Shown: positions 1-13,330 of the stretch, piece by piece
How positions within the stretch are numbered: position 1 is the first letter of the stretch
Layout: each line of letters begins with the position of its first letter
The notes under the pieces: generated by a model
Databases searched by the model: none
What the model was told of the DNA's origin: nothing
The model's input: only the letters and a program-made list of their open reading frames with translations
Made by a program: the position numbers and the translations under genes
Source: Tubiluchus corallicola
Lineage: Eukaryota; Animalia; Priapulida
DNA length: 64,000 nucleotides
Direction: 5' to 3'
Assembly: GCA_030141605.1 (NCBI GenBank)
Contig: JAQGDQ010000234.1
Span: 248,001-312,000, forward strand

Positions 1-2
1 TG

Positions 3-578
3 GCCAAACTGTATACAGGCAAACAAGCATTAAAAGTTGGCTCAGAAGCTTTGGAAAGTTTTGGTGGGCAAGGTTACATGGAGGATACCGCTTTACCATC
101 TATTGTCAGAGATGCTCAAGTATTAAGTATATGGGAAGGAACAACTAACGTATTGTCTCTAGATGTACTTAGATCTTTGGCAAAATCCCGTGGCAGTGTG
201 CTTCATGCCTACATAGATGACATTCAGAAGAGGTTGAAACAAGTATCTACAATAGAACCATTAGCACAAAGTTGTGAGCTTGTACTGAAGTCAGCTCATA
301 GTCTAGTTGAATTTGCTCATGGAAACTTCGATCAGTTGGAGACAGCAGCCAGGGACTTTTCCTACAGCTTAGCTAAAACATATATGGGAATGTTGTTATT
401 AGAGAATGCAGCCTGGAAAAATGCTTCCCAAACAGATATCACAGCTGCTCAGAGATGGTGCACTAAACAGCTGAATATTGTGGAACAAATAAGCAGACAG
501 CATGGATATAAAACCACTGCAACCAAAGCCGAGTATGACTTGGTTATGGATGGATATCTTGTAGATAGTAAATTATAA
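3..578 (+). CDS. acdh-11: AidB/ACDH-11-like acyl-CoA dehydrogenase, C-terminal part (5' end outside window)
   Basis: Open frame from the window edge: AKLYTGKQALKVGSEALESFGGQGYMEDTALPSIVRDAQVLSIWEGTTNVLSLD. This is the ACAD C-terminal signature (GGxGY...RD...IWEGT) in its AidB-like form. Ends DSKL-TAA. Confidence 0.85.
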   Translation, partial: AKLYTGKQALKVGSEALESFGGQGYMEDTALPSIVRDAQVLSIWEGTTNVLSLDVLRSLAKSRGSVLHAYIDDIQKRLKQVSTIEPLAQSCELVLKSAHSLVEFAHGNFDQLETAARDFSYSLAKTYMGMLLLENAAWKNASQTDITAAQRWCTKQLNIVEQISRQHGYKTTATKAEYDLVMDGYLVDSKL

Positions 579-711
579 TGGTGCTAGTATTACATAATGT
601 AAAAGCAGAAGTTTGCTTTTGAATCATGCATGTATCATAATTTGTGAAGCGTACTTGTGTAAGCACCAGAAATGTGTAACTCTAACAACTAAAATTTTCT
701 TCCATAATTAA

Positions 712-935
712 TAGATAGCTTGCTATTTCATGTGTAGATTGTCTCTGCTTTGGGAACAGAATTAAAATAGCTTACTAACAGGTCATGTATAGATTATTAT
801 TTGCTTTGGGAACAGAATTAAAATAGCTTGCTAACTTGTCATGTATAGATTGTTATGTTCTTTTGGAACACAATTAAGATACATGTAACTTGCTAAGATA
901 CTATTGTATAGATTGTTATCTGGTTTGGGAACATC
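712..935. repeat. Tandem repeat, about 4 copies of a ~56-bp unit
   Basis: Unit of the form TAGCTT(G/A)CTAAC..GTCATGTATAGATTGTTAT..GCTTTGGGAACAGAATTAAAA; the GGGAACA core recurs at ~752, 808, 864, 927. Confidence 0.85.
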
Positions 936-1027
936 ATTCATCTGCTATGTTAGGCCACTAATGCACAATTTTTGGCTTGCGCCAAAACATGATCTTTATA
1001 AATTTATGTAATGCTGATTGTAATCTC

Positions 1028-1940
1028 AAAATAAGACATTTGTATGTGCCCAAAGAGTGTTTCCTACTTTTATGTCATCTTTACTTCGCCTTTGTGCACT
1101 ATAATGTGCATGTATGTAGAAACAAACATGTTAAGTGCCGTTTTGTTTGTAAACAGGTACGTTTATGATGCGCTAATATGCTACCCTATCGGTTTTGCTT
1201 TGAATCTGTTACCCGCTGGCCACTGCATTAACCGCGTTACCCAAGAATTTCTGGAAGCTAAACATGTAATCACTTGTCTAGCGGGCACCTTTCGAAGCTC
1301 TCGTTGCAAATAACGCTTAATCACTTAACAGTCAAAGATGCGGGTACAATAATCAGCCCGTATTCCTTACAAGAGTAAACATCATACAGCAAATATGAGC
1401 ATAGAGTTTGAAAACAGGAACATAAGGGTAAAGATCCAACAATTAAGGGCAAACTGGAAATTTTAGAGCAGTACAATAAATTTCCAAAGATGGGGCAGAG
1501 GTGTGCAGTAGCGCAGGTGAAAATTCTCCCGGCAGAATATTGAAAAAACGACCTGAAATTGAGCTGTCAGCAAGCCAAAATGAGAATCTATCATCGAAGA
1601 GGTGATGCACAGGAAACAAGGGCACCAGCAATGCAGCTCAAGCACGCCAAGTGCTAAATGTTTTTACGAGAATACGTACATCACACAGCAACAGATTTTT
1701 AACGTTTTTATAATTATGAGAACTTTGTGAACCGACTTCTTCGCGAGAAAATGGAACACCCGACTTTGAAGGATTTTTTGTAATTTTCATAAATAAACAG
1801 ACTTGAGTGATTTACAAAAGTATACCTTTAAGTTATTGCTAATTCACCTATATAAATTAATATTTTAAAATATTTTTTTAAATTCATAACTGCATAAAGG
1901 AATTTAGACATTACTTCGTTTCTAAAATTCATTAAAAGCC
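1028..1940 (+). mobile_element. Decayed internal copy of the pogo/Tigger-like element at 14181-15371, opposite orientation
   Basis: Extended similarity to the reverse complement of ~14320-15210 (e.g. AAATAAGACATTTGTATGTGCCCAAA; TTTTGTTTGTAAACAGGTACGTTTAT). TIRs not seen. Confidence 0.8.
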
Positions 1941-1942
1941 TG

Positions 1943-1945
<3 letters not shown>

Positions 1946-1988
<43 letters not shown>

Positions 1989-2004
1989 TATATATATATA
2001 TGTA
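1946..2004. repeat. (TA)n/(CA)n microsatellite
   Basis: Directly visible. Confidence 0.95.
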
Positions 2005-2104
2005 TACAGATGCAGTAGTACAGTCTTCTAACCTAAACATTTTACTACCAATGTGATGAGATTTTAGTAACTATTACATGTTTAGGTGATCTATGAATTG
2101 TTAT

Positions 2105-2470
2105 CATGATGACATCATTTTCGAAAAAAGCTCAAGGCTTTGCCAGTTTGCAATGGATTGTCGTGAAATTTTATATTATACTAGAACTAATACAGCATTG
2201 ATTGACGAATTGGATTTGCTATCTGTCATCTTGAATTCAAGATGTCAGCGATAACATTATTTTTGAAAACAGCCTAAGGCCTCCACCAATTCCCATCGGA
2301 TTGTCATGAAACTTTATGAGAACAAGTTCCACATCGACTGACTTAGTTGAATTTTCGATATGTCATTTGAATTCAAGGCAGCAGCAATATCATCATTTTC
2401 AAGAAAAGCTTCAGGTTCTGCCAATTTGTAGTGGATCGTCATAAAACTTATAAGAATATACTAGAATGAA
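2105..2470. repeat. Degenerate tandem repeat, about 3 copies of ~140 bp
   Basis: CATCATTTTC.AA.AAAGCT..AGG.T.TGCCA.TTTG...TGGAT.GTC.T.AAA.TTTAT recurs at ~2114, ~2255, ~2391. Confidence 0.7.
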
Positions 2471-3362
2471 GTAGCGTAGCAGATACACATAATTAGATGG
2501 CAATTACTAAAAAATATTTGGTGTCATATTCAACACGGTTGAGTAAGCTTATGTTAAGATCGCCTAATGCGGAAATACATTTGAACTATTGTTAACTCTA
2601 TGTAAAACATCTGACTTCTGTTTATGAAAGCCATTTGATTGTTACTGGATCATTAATCACTGAACTGGCTGACCTGTTACTAAACTACCGTACAACGGTA
2701 CAATAATTCATATTGCCGTGATAAAATTAGTTTCACCACATTACATTTCTTAAGCACTTTTAAAGATGAATGTTTAACAACAATTAATCAAGCTAACCAA
2801 TGACAGCAAAATATATGTAATTTTGATCCAGTTTTATTAGCCTGAAAAAACATTTACATCAATTCTGCACGACATAGCGCAATATATATAAATTATTTTG
2901 CACAACACTTGCTTTTTTTTGCTATATAGAACATGTTCGTAATAATTCCTAATGACAGTGCTGAAAACAAGTAAATATGAACAATGTCTCAATGGAGAAA
3001 TGAAAAGACACAAATTTTCCTTCCTGTTGTGAAGATGCTTGAGATAAGAGGGAAAAAATCAACGCACACCTTTCTGAGCAAGTTCTCATTTCTTCCTTTC
3101 ATTTGAGAAGAAAGTTTGCACTGACAGAGTGAAGAAAACTCAACTTTTTCCATTTGCTGATTGGGGATTTTTTTTATTAATGTTCGTCATTCAACTGAGA
3201 TATTAGTCAATAAAATTTTCCCAAAAAAGTCGGTGTGGCTTCATTGAAATTTATATTAATGAAGTATACACATTTATTCAAGAAGAGACTTTACAATTAT
3301 AAATTCTAAACTCATTGAACATAAACATTCCAAACAAAAGGCTGCTGATCAGTGATCACATC

Positions 3363-4883
3363 TTACTCTTCCTTTTCTTTAAGCTTATCTAAAGCAGCTA
3401 GTCTTTCAAGCAGTGGAGGGTGTGAATAATGATAAGCAGAAAACAGCCAATCACAGATCGGGAATCCTAAGTTATCCTTATCAAGTTTAATCATTGCTGC
3501 TTTCAAAAATGCTGACTGTTTAAGCGTGCTCGAAAATTTATCGGCTTGAAATTCAAATCTGCGACTCAACACTGTCATACCAAATGAAAATATTTCATTA
3601 AATGGCATAAAGATAAACTGCATGATAATGATCAAACCAACAAAGATTGGTCGAGTTTTGAATCCAAATGCTTCATAGAATTCAGGTATGTTCATAAGAG
3701 CACCAAACATGAAAAAATCAACCAATAACTTGAACTGAACAATAACCAGGTTTTTTAAGGTATGACTAAGAGCCCAATGACCTAATTCATGTGAAAGGAC
3801 AGCAAGCACTTCTTGATTTGTGCACCCGGTTTTCTTTTTTGTTGCTTTTTTGTTATTTTCATCTGCTGCTTCTTTATGAAGTTCGTCTGAATCAGGGTCC
3901 TGTTTACAATCAAACTTGCCATCATCTTTAAGATCTGCATCACTACCTTCGTTGTCCACATTACCAACAGCAGCAGTAGCACTCACATCTTCACTCTTAT
4001 CATCAACCTCTGTAACTGGCTTTCCTTTGTCTTCTTTCTTTGATGGAACATAATCTTCTAACAGTGTGTCAAAAAGTACAATTCTCTTGTTCTTATAAAA
4101 TCCATAGAAATATGCATTACTGTGTGAAGAGCGCTTTGAGCCTTCAACAACAAACAGTTTCTTCAGTGGAAAATCAATTTTTGCTGCCAAATCCTCAATT
4201 TGAGTCCTCAGTTCTCCTTCAGGAAGTGGGGTAAATTTGTCAAATAGTGGTGCAATAAAATCAGCATAAATGCTCATTAAAAGTAGTGAAATAATTACAC
4301 AGAACAGCCAAGCATAAATGAAAAAGTAATGCCCTGTCATTTTTATAATTGCCAACAAAGCAGCAACAATTGGAAGAGAAATGGCCTGCATAACAAAAAA
4401 TTTTTTAGTTTGATCCCAGATGAAAAATCTAAAGGTCTGTTTGTTGAACCCATGCTTTTCCTCAATCACAAACGTGCTGTAAAGACTCCATGGAAATGAA
4501 GTGATTACACTGTATATAGCTGTCAAGAAGGTAAACACTAATGTCTGGATAATTTCGTGTTCCTCGCCATATCCATACCTAGCAATCAGTTTGCCACTGA
4601 TATTCCAGAGAAAGGGAATACCACCAAAAAGCAGAACGAGAGTTGTTTCAAATTGGGAAAAAATTCCATTATAGAAACCAAAACTACTCTTGTCCAAATT
4701 GTATAAACGTGCTTTCTCAAACGTTTCCTTATCTAAAACGCCTTCGAGTATGTCAGGAACGGTCTTACATGTCTTGTAAATCTTGCGCTGCCTGACACCA
4801 AGATAAGTTTCCCAAATGTATGCTAGCCACAACATTACAAAAACTGTCCAGAATATAAGAGGAGGATCTAAGTGAATATCCAT
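3363..4883 (-). CDS. ZMPSTE24: CAAX prenyl protease 1 homolog (Ste24/ZMPSTE24, M48 zinc metalloprotease), 506 aa, single coding exon
   Basis: N-terminal TM helices; motifs [34 protein letters not shown], zinc motif [26 protein letters not shown]; C-terminal KEKEE (KxKxx ER-retrieval type). Acceptor TTTCAG precedes position 4902. Confidence 0.97.
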   Translation of the reverse strand: MDIHLDPPLIFWTVFVMLWLAYIWETYLGVRQRKIYKTCKTVPDILEGVLDKETFEKARLYNLDKSSFGFYNGIFSQFETTLVLLFGGIPFLWNISGKLIARYGYGEEHEIIQTLVFTFLTAIYSVITSFPWSLYSTFVIEEKHGFNKQTFRFFIWDQTKKFFVMQAISLPIVAALLAIIKMTGHYFFIYAWLFCVIISLLLMSIYADFIAPLFDKFTPLPEGELRTQIEDLAAKIDFPLKKLFVVEGSKRSSHSNAYFYGFYKNKRIVLFDTLLEDYVPSKKEDKGKPVTEVDDKSEDVSATAAVGNVDNEGSDADLKDDGKFDCKQDPDSDELHKEAADENNKKATKKKTGCTNQEVLAVLSHELGHWALSHTLKNLVIVQFKLLVDFFMFGALMNIPEFYEAFGFKTRPIFVGLIIIMQFIFMPFNEIFSFGMTVLSRRFEFQADKFSSTLKQSAFLKAAMIKLDKDNLGFPICDWLFSAYHYSHPPLLERLAALDKLKEKEE

Positions 4884-5122
4884 TATTTTGCGTCTTCAGA
4901 ATCTGAAATGCAAACAAATTATTGTTTAGAATGTAGAGAAGAATTACCACTTGTATTTTTCCTTCAGTACTTCAAATTATAATGTTAAAGATCACTAGGA
5001 GTGCAAACAGATCCAAAATAATCCATTTGATCAAGATCTAAAAGAAGGTTATAAAATGGCAATGAACTGTCTCACTTGGGCGGAATTAAAGGAAAAATCA
5101 ACCCTCGAACAACATTTACAGT

Positions 5123-5250
5123 ACAGTCAAACCTCGTTATACCATCCCGATTATACTACAAAACTCATTTACCGCGTGCAAAATGGCCAGGAACAAAATG
5201 GCTATATTCAACTGTATATATAAATAACCCGTTACCTGCCATCTGCCAGG
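5123..5250 (+). mobile_element. Left-end fragment of a Tc1/mariner-type MITE
   Basis: TA|CAGTCAAACCTCGTTATACC resembles a TcMar TIR; partner TIR not found. Confidence 0.4.
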
Positions 5251-6059
5251 CAAATTAATACGTGTTCAAAGGGGGAATACTGCCAGCAGTCTCAAAACTA
5301 ACACCAGCAGCTTTTTGATATAATGCCTGCTGTACGAGGCTGCTATATGTTCTGAGTTGTAGACACTGGCCTGGCACATAGTCATAAGCATAAAGGAAAC
5401 TGACACGAAAACACATGGCTCTTTTTTCACCAGCAAGAAGGGTGATATTTGCTTGTTTATTAGACAAATTCGAGCAAATCCCAGCAAGAAATTCGTAGTT
5501 ATGACTTGACCTTTTTTTACACACATTACAGACATGTTTAATGAAGCAGTTGGCCCAAGTCTTATATATGTTGTTGAGTACATGTTTATTATGTAAACAA
5601 AAAGTTCTTAATAAGTATGACGAATTTTGAGTGAGTCATTAATTCACAAATGATTAATTTAATAATTCCTTTTAATTCATTAACCTTCAGAGCAAAAATT
5701 GAGTACTCTAATCTGTGTACACTCATCTGCCTGTTTTGTGATTCGTCTATGGCAAAATTTAACATGAGCCCAGGAGGGGGTTTACTTAGTTTATAGAACT
5801 CAGTTTTAGCTTGTAGCCATAATTTTTCTGTTACTTTCTCGGGCATTTCCAGGATAATGTACTACCATCAGTAACTGAACTGATTTTGCTTACACAGTGC
5901 GCAAAGAGATTCATAAAAAAAGCAAAAGTTCTTATTGATAATTTCAAGTTCAACGCTTTGGATTGTGATCAGTTGAAAATTGTAACTGCACCTGAAAAAA
6001 AGATTAGCCAAGTCCCTGACAGATTTGTTTATATTGTACAGTAATCAGATCACACCATT

Positions 6060-6205
6060 TTTTTGCTCAAAGGGACCGCGCCCAAAAGTAAAGTGATTTC
6101 GACTTTAAATTGATTTTACTAATTATATGAAGCACTTATCCCAATTTTATTGCTGAAACTTTCTAACGTTTTTCTTATATAAAATTAAGCTCAACATCCT
6201 GGTAG
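6060..6205 (+). repeat. Dispersed repeat, second copy at ~28460-28622
   Basis: GACTTTAAATTGATTTT.CTAATTA...CCAATTTTATTGCTGA...AAGCTCAAC.TCCTG is present at both positions. Confidence 0.7.
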
Positions 6206-6904
6206 ACTTGGCTTTTCCTTTAATATTAATTTCCTTTAATAATGTAAATGATTAACGCACATAATTATACTGACCTCTGCTTTTGCATATTGGATATTGA
6301 TAAATTAAAATCTGCATATAGTATGCTGCCTATGCTAGTGTTTTCCACCATGAGACTTCGTTACTCATACAGATAAAAACGTGCAGCAGTGCTAATGCAG
6401 GGCAAACACTCGCTGGATCCAGTGAATCTGGATACATGACGTTTGGATACAGGATTAGGGAGCTAGATCCCGTAATAATCATTTTTTAACAGGACCTCAA
6501 ATTGTAGTTTCAGGGTGACAGACTCCATTCACTCCAATAAATTTTAGTTCTGTCGCCACCCTTTCAAGACCCAAAATCATTCATTTATTTTTTGTTTATG
6601 TTGTTAACAATACTGTTCGCATTATGGTCTATGGGTATATCTTGTCAGGATTCTGCAAAACCAAAATTTATTTACTAATAAAAGTATATATTCAGCTGAA
6701 GGTAATAACGTGACAGGCATATACAAAAAACCGAAACAACAAAAAACTAAATGAGTGAATGTATGCATAAAACAAAGCATTATGTAGTTAACTTGCACCT
6801 ATCACAGCCATAGGTTATTAATAGGCAAAACAGGGAAAACGCACGCGAATGCTAACAAACGTGGCTGAAAAGATATAATTATTACTACTCATGATTATAA
6901 TGAA

Positions 6905-8290
6905 CGAAAGTATGCACGACAGTGTCATCACTGCTTCTTGGAAATTAGCCAATATCAAGAAAAAATGTGCAAAAAATCAACCTACAAACTATAGACGAAT
7001 TAGTCTTATTTGTTATTCAGTTATCTAGTCGTTTGTAACCTCTTGGAAGGCATTATCCATGACAAAGTTTATGCACACATAGAAGAAAACAATTTGTTGC
7101 ATCCTGCACAGCATGGCTTCAGGTGTGAAAGATCCTGTATCACCAACCTATTAGAAACAGTAGAGAAATTTTGGATTCAGGTGACCAAGTGGATGCAATT
7201 TACTTTGACGTTTTTAAGGCTTACCGGGTTCCTCATGCACGCTTAATGAAGAAACTCACAGCATATATGGTATTGGAGGCATGATATGGTAATGGATTTG
7301 TGAATCCCTAAGAGATAGAAAACAATGTGTAATTGTCAATGGAAATAAATCCATGTGGAATGGAGTCCTATCACATCTGGCATTCCACAAGGCAGTGTCA
7401 CTAGACCGTTATTATTCACATTTAATATCAATGATTTGCTTAACAGCATCATCTGTGCAAGTAAACTGTTTGCTGACGATACCACAATATATGGCTAGTA
7501 TCTACTCAGCAATATCAGTTCAGTAAATCAGTGGTGTAACAAATGCCAAATGGAGCTCAACCTGGAGAAATGCAAGGTAATGACTGTTGGTAGAGTTATT
7601 TTCCAGTCTAACTATGCCATCAGTTCTGGTAAGCAAGTATTAGCAAAGTTGATCTTGGAAACAGACCTTGGAGTCATTGCAGACAACAACCTTGACTTCC
7701 AGCCTCATATCACTTGTATCACACAGAAGGCTCAATGCAGGTTAACACTAATCAAATGCAATTTTCAATTTCTTGATAAAACAATGGTTCTGAGGTTATA
7801 TAAGTCATTGGTCAGACTCATCCTCGATTACAGAGATGTGGTGCAGGACCCATCCAGACAAGATTTTATCTGCACAGTATAGAAAATTCAACGAAGCATG
7901 ACCAGGTTGATTCCAAGACTGATCGAGCAACAAGGCTTCAAGAAATTGGTCTGACCACACTTAAGTATAGGCGCATGAATCAGGATATGATCCAAACTTT
8001 TAGGATTCTACATGGTACTGACAAAATACACTTGGATGATTATGTTACAACTACAAGATGTCAGGAACAACAACAACAGATAAGACGACTTTCATACACA
8101 CTACTCAAGCATCTCGTATCCAGGGCAGCTGGTCAAAACATTAGCACGTATTTTCATTCAGGGTTGTCGATCCATGGAACAGGCCTCCAGCAAATGTAGT
8201 TGAAGCAACAAACACCGAGCAATTTAAGGCACGTCTTGACAAGCCTTGGCAGCAAAATTCATAGAATTAGAACCCATGTTGCCCCAATGG
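6905..8290 (+). mobile_element. Decayed CR1/L2-clade LINE (reverse transcriptase to 3' end), frameshifted
   Basis: Fragments translate to QHGFR..RSCITNLLE, GIPQGSV..PLLF..INDL, LFADDT, KCKVM, DLGV, LYKSLVR, ...FKARLDK. Confidence 0.9.
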
Positions 8291-10274
8291 GAATAAAATG
8301 TTCTGAAGGCACGATCTCCCTTTACCTGCTGTGGTGACAGTATAGTTAACATTTCAGTTAAAGACAGTTTGGCATAGTGGAGGGGCAAATGGCACACAGT
8401 ATACTAAAACCCCATCTACTTACCAATGCTGGCAATAGTACTAGTACTAGTTTTAGTACTACTCAGAAGTATAAAAATCGCAAAACTAAATCTTCGATGG
8501 TAAGCAGTCGTGGAAGTTTATACGCTCTAACTAGCTTTTCTGACTTTAATAAATATTAATAACTACAAATTTATAATTGAATTATCGTTTTTGGAATTTT
8601 GATTTTCAATTTGCACACAATTCAATTTTTTCGGCAAGCTCGAAAATCTCTACATGCTAATTAGTAATACGCCTAGTACTGGACATTAGTGATTGCGAGC
8701 GTGATTGACGACTGAGTGTCTATGCTGTGTTAGCATAAGCCGAATTAATGAAGTTGCAGATAAATGGGTGTGTTTTAGTGGGTAATGTAATTTTTAATTC
8801 AAGACTATAATAAATGAGTATGTTGATGATATAATTAGAAATAGCAGGAACTAAGACCATTAAAACAATGGTTAAAAATAGCAAATTGCTAAAAGACAAT
8901 AAAAAAGTATTGAATTTTTGAAATAGAAAATCGCAGTATAATAGCTATAGGAAACAAAATGAACTTAAAGTAAATTATAACTTCAAATAATGATAATAAT
9001 AAATGAGAAAATGTAAATTGAAAAAAGTGAGTCAGAGTAAATGCCTGTGTGAATATGTAACAGATGATGAAAAAATGATTTGAACGTAGAGAAGAGAACT
9101 AATAAACTAGGTTTGATGGCGGAGAATATTTTGAGGTGATTTCGTAATGATTATGCCACTGATAAATCAAAGTGGTGGGAAAAGTTTGTATGGAAATTAC
9201 GAAAGTGTTATTGAAACAAAACTTATGTCAAGTTCAACACAGAATGTAGATGTTTATATTTGTGTGGGGCTAAATGATGATGGGATGAAGTAGACGAATG
9301 GCAGAAAGATAGTTTTCCTATACTACATGGTCAAAGACAATCAACACCAGATTGGAGAATGATTTTAGCTATGTGTAGTTACATGGCCAATGAAACAAAC
9401 AATATCTTACAAAAATTTGATGTGGCTGAGGACTTTATGAGTGATTAGTGAAAAGGGTGATGATAAAAGCTGCTAGTTGGGATATGTAATAAAGTGTAGC
9501 AGGAAGTTGATTTAAAGGAATGAAAAAATGACGAAGAAAAGTATGAAATTAATAAAATTATTATTCAAGAATTTATGAAGAGGATGAAAAAGTTGGAATG
9601 CAAAAGGTATTGAAAAAAGCAACTAGAAGATATACAAATAGCGAGGGAAAAAATGTTGAGAAATTAAACAAAGAGATTTTTATATGATATCGAAGGATTA
9701 GGCAAAAGCGGGTTAAATCGCATTAATCAATGCCTACGTGAGACAGGTGAAAAAATAAATTTACAAAAGAAAATTTGCTAAGTAATCAGAAATGCTGATC
9801 AGAATAAACAAACAAATAAATGAGGTGATGAGTCTGAAGGAAGATGTGTTTTAAACTTGAAGTATATATTCAAATCAATTAAATTCGATTCAGTTTTATT
9901 TGCACAGATACATACACTGCACATTCGCAAAGCATTACGTTACACATTAAGTAGTACATAAACTGAAGAAATACAATCGGCTGTATGGAAAGTTGCTTTT
10001 ATAGACAAATATTAAAATATGGTGTACTGATACAAAAGTCACAGTTACATGAAAATGGTATAATTTAGCAATGAAAAAAGAAAAGTGACTTAAAAGTAGT
10101 AGGTATCTGTAGCTGCTTTTCAAATGAAAGATTATAAAAAATAACATAATGAGAGTTGAATATAACTGCGGTTAGAGTCTGCTGCAGAAGTGCTGATTTC
10201 TTCCTCCCTAGGGATTGGAGTTGTTGGCAAAAGCTTCGCACGTTGATTTCATAGATGTATGAATTGCAACCAGG

Positions 10275-10390
10275 AAGCCTACAAAAAACAAAGAAACAAT
10301 ATTAAAAATAAAGCCTACAAAAAGAAACAAAGAAACAGTATTAAAAACTAAAGCTTACAAAAAGACAAAGAAACAAGTATTAAAAACAAT
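10275..10390. repeat. Three ~38-bp tandem units, probably the 3' tail region of the adjacent minus-strand LINE
   Basis: AAGC(C/T)TACAAAAA..CAAAGAAACA.TATTAAAAA repeated three times. Confidence 0.75.
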
Positions 10391-10479
10391 TAACTATACA
10401 TTATGCAATAGAAAATTATACCTAGATATTAAAAGTCTCAACTTTGAGAGTTAACATTGAAAAGGTTCAACAAGGTGTG

Positions 10480-13330
10480 GCCAGTGTTAGTTTTTTCTTT
10501 TTCCTAATTGGAAGTTTTTAAACATATGTTCTACAAAAAGAAGGATATCTTGTTGAACACTACTGTTAAACAGCCACATGAGACAGGTGATATTTCTAGA
10601 GAAAAAAGTTAGACTGAGTTTCATAATTTGTTCTATTTTCAGTTAGAAAATGGGCAGTCATAAATAAAGTGCATTTCATCTGCTATTTCATGTTTTTTGG
10701 GGGAGGAGTTTGCGCAATAATTGCATATTCGTTCTTGTTCTGGTGTTTTGTTATAACGAGCACGTTCAATTTCCAAATTATGATCACTCACTTGGAGTTT
10801 AGTGACAGCTTGTCTGTGATTTTTGTCCTTAATAACGTTTGTGTAAAGCTCCATTTTGTATTTGCATTTTAACCCTTTGTAAAATCTGAGGTTGTTACAG
10901 CCTCCCTTTCTAATTTATTGTCATTGATTCATTCTCATATTCTGATACATAGTTTGGATGTGGGCAAGAATTGAGCTGTATGATAACAGATACGGGAATA
11001 TGGTGCTAAATGTAGTCTTTCTAGATTTATGGGTGGCAGTAAGGCCATTTGTAAGATATTTTGCCGCTGTGATGAGGAGAAGATATAAACCCAGTTCAGC
11101 CTTACAGGCAGTATTGGACGCTGTTGTCTTAACTCCTAGAACCCATTTAGTGAACGTATTTTCGACATGTTCGAATGGGAATTGATTCCATATTCGTAGA
11201 AGTTTATCTGTGTCATTGCTGTCAATTTTATTTTGTTACTCTACATAAGCATTTGTTCAAATTTCATTTGTCCTATAGGGACTACTAGTGTGTTAAATAA
11301 GGAAATTTGTGTTGTCAATAAGAAATCTCTGTTAAATATTAGAGTTTTTACTTTAAGGAGAGCTCTAATTGTGAGGTTTCTAATTGCTTCTACATGTTTG
11401 TTGTGTATTCCTGTGTCGGCGAGATACACCCCTAGATATTTAATGTTTTTCATTCTTTGGTGTCTCTGATCATGTGAAAGGTGGCATTTGATGGTGGCAT
11501 TTTTCCAAATACCACTATTTTTATTTTCTTGTAGTTGATTTTCTGATGGTTTTGTTTGACATACTGTAAAAGTTTGTCAATAGATTTTTTGAGGCCCTCT
11601 CTAAATCTCCTAAACAGAACTAGAACATCTGTATACTGCAAACACTTTATTACTACCTAGTTTAATATCTGAGCATCATTATTGGAGACAGATTGGGGGA
11701 GATCGTTTACATACAAGTTGAAGAGCATCGGTTATCACCTTGTCGCAAGCCTGTTTTTACCTCAGAAAATGAAGAAAACACAGATCGTTTTTATAGAACA
11801 TTTTGACTTCTGGTCCATATTCTTTATTACTTGCATTGTATCAGTATGAATGCCATACTGCTCCAGTTTCTTAAATAATAGATTATGATTTATTCGATCG
11901 AATGCAGTTTGAAAGTCAACAAAGCAGTAGCACAAATATGTGCCAGCCTGAGAGGTTGTTTGTGCAATAATAGCATTTAGTAGCAGCAGGGGGTCGGTTG
12001 TTTGTGAATTTTTCTGAAGCGAAATTGAGTTTTTGATGGATCATTTTGTTCTGGATATTTAATTATTCTGTCATTTACAAATGAGTTTAAATGGATTTCC
12101 TAAGCACGAAATTAGTGATATGCCTTGGTAGTTTTTTGGGTCAGACGCCTCACCAGCTTTGGAAATTGGGGTTAAGATGCTTTTGAACCAAAGCTCTGGG
12201 TATTTCCCTCTCTCTAGTATTAGGTTCATAAGTTTTACGACTAGCCAAAACACGTGATGCTGATTTTATAATTTGGCTTGAAAAGTGGGTTGTCAATTCC
12301 AGTACTTTTCACATTTCAGATTTTTTATTTGCGCTTTTAGTTCTTGTCTAGAGGTTCTAGTTTTACACATCTGAAGATCACACAGTTTTGGTAGTGATGT
12401 ATTCATTACGGAATTTTCCATGTTTCGCAAGCAGTTCATAGTCTGTGGTTTTATATTCTCCTTATCTTTGTAGAGTACTCTGTAGTAGTTGAACAGTTCT
12501 TCTATTGGGATTTCCAGTATTTGTTTCTTATCACTTCATCTCATTTGTGTATTGTTTGTGCCATGGCTTGTGCTTTTATTCTTTTTGCTTACTTTTAGTT
12601 CTTTGACACTTTTTTCAATTGTCATTTCAAAAAGTTATTATACAGATCTTTCTTTAGATGTCTATTCAGGTAATTCATTTGATTTTGAGTCGATCTTAAC
12701 TAAGGTGATTTACGTTTTTGTCCTTTTGTGTTGTTACTATTTGAGCTAGACCTGACTGGGAGCCTGTTCAGCAGCATCATAAAAAATATTGGTTATGTAA
12801 TCTAGGACCTCATCAGAATTTTTGTAGCAAGTCTTTGTGAAATGCAAAATTTTTAGATTGGATATACTCAATTTGCAGAGTAGTTTGGAATCTTTGGTTT
12901 GAGTATTCATCCCATTTGTATTTTTTGTAATTGGAGAGTTGTCTATATAACAGTGGTTCAGCTACTTCTACAGTCTGATATTTCTTATTTTAAATTCCAA
13001 TTTGCAATCATTTGAAAAGCTGCCGTACTTTCCCACAGCAAACATTGTTATATCATGTAGGCATCCTCACTGATCAATACATAGTCTACTACACTACAGC
13101 CATTGTGAGTGAAACAAGTAAAGTTTCACATGGAGTCTCCCAGTTTTCTTCCACTTAGTGTTCTAATTTTAGTGGCTATTGACAGTTCAATAAGTTTTTA
13201 CCAAAATTGTTTATTTTTTGTTCATCTTGTATCCAATATATTATCCATATCCACTTTATCCGTATAGTATTTACTTTGCTTGTTCATTATTATTTTCGAT
13301 TTTTTTCGATAGTTGAACTTGTTTTCTGGC
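10480..13330 (-). mobile_element. Decayed LINE ORF2 (endonuclease remnant, RT, C-terminal Cys/His motif)
   Basis: PISKAGEASDPKNYQGISLISCLG; FVDFQTAFD; FNLYVNDLP; IKYLGV; KLQVSDHNLEIERARY...ERICNYC...DEMHFIYDC; many stops and frameshifts. Confidence 0.9.

Noticed and set aside
712-935. Regularly spaced repeats resembling a CRISPR array
   Set aside because: The whole unit repeats with no unique spacers, there are no cas genes, and the context is eukaryotic.
977-2040. Cluster of short ORFs
   Set aside because: They overlap a decayed pogo-like copy and a TA microsatellite; no coherent protein.
8840-10150. Purine-rich stretch as a gene
   Set aside because: No sustained ORF; looks like highly decayed minus-strand LINE or low-complexity sequence, too degraded to classify.
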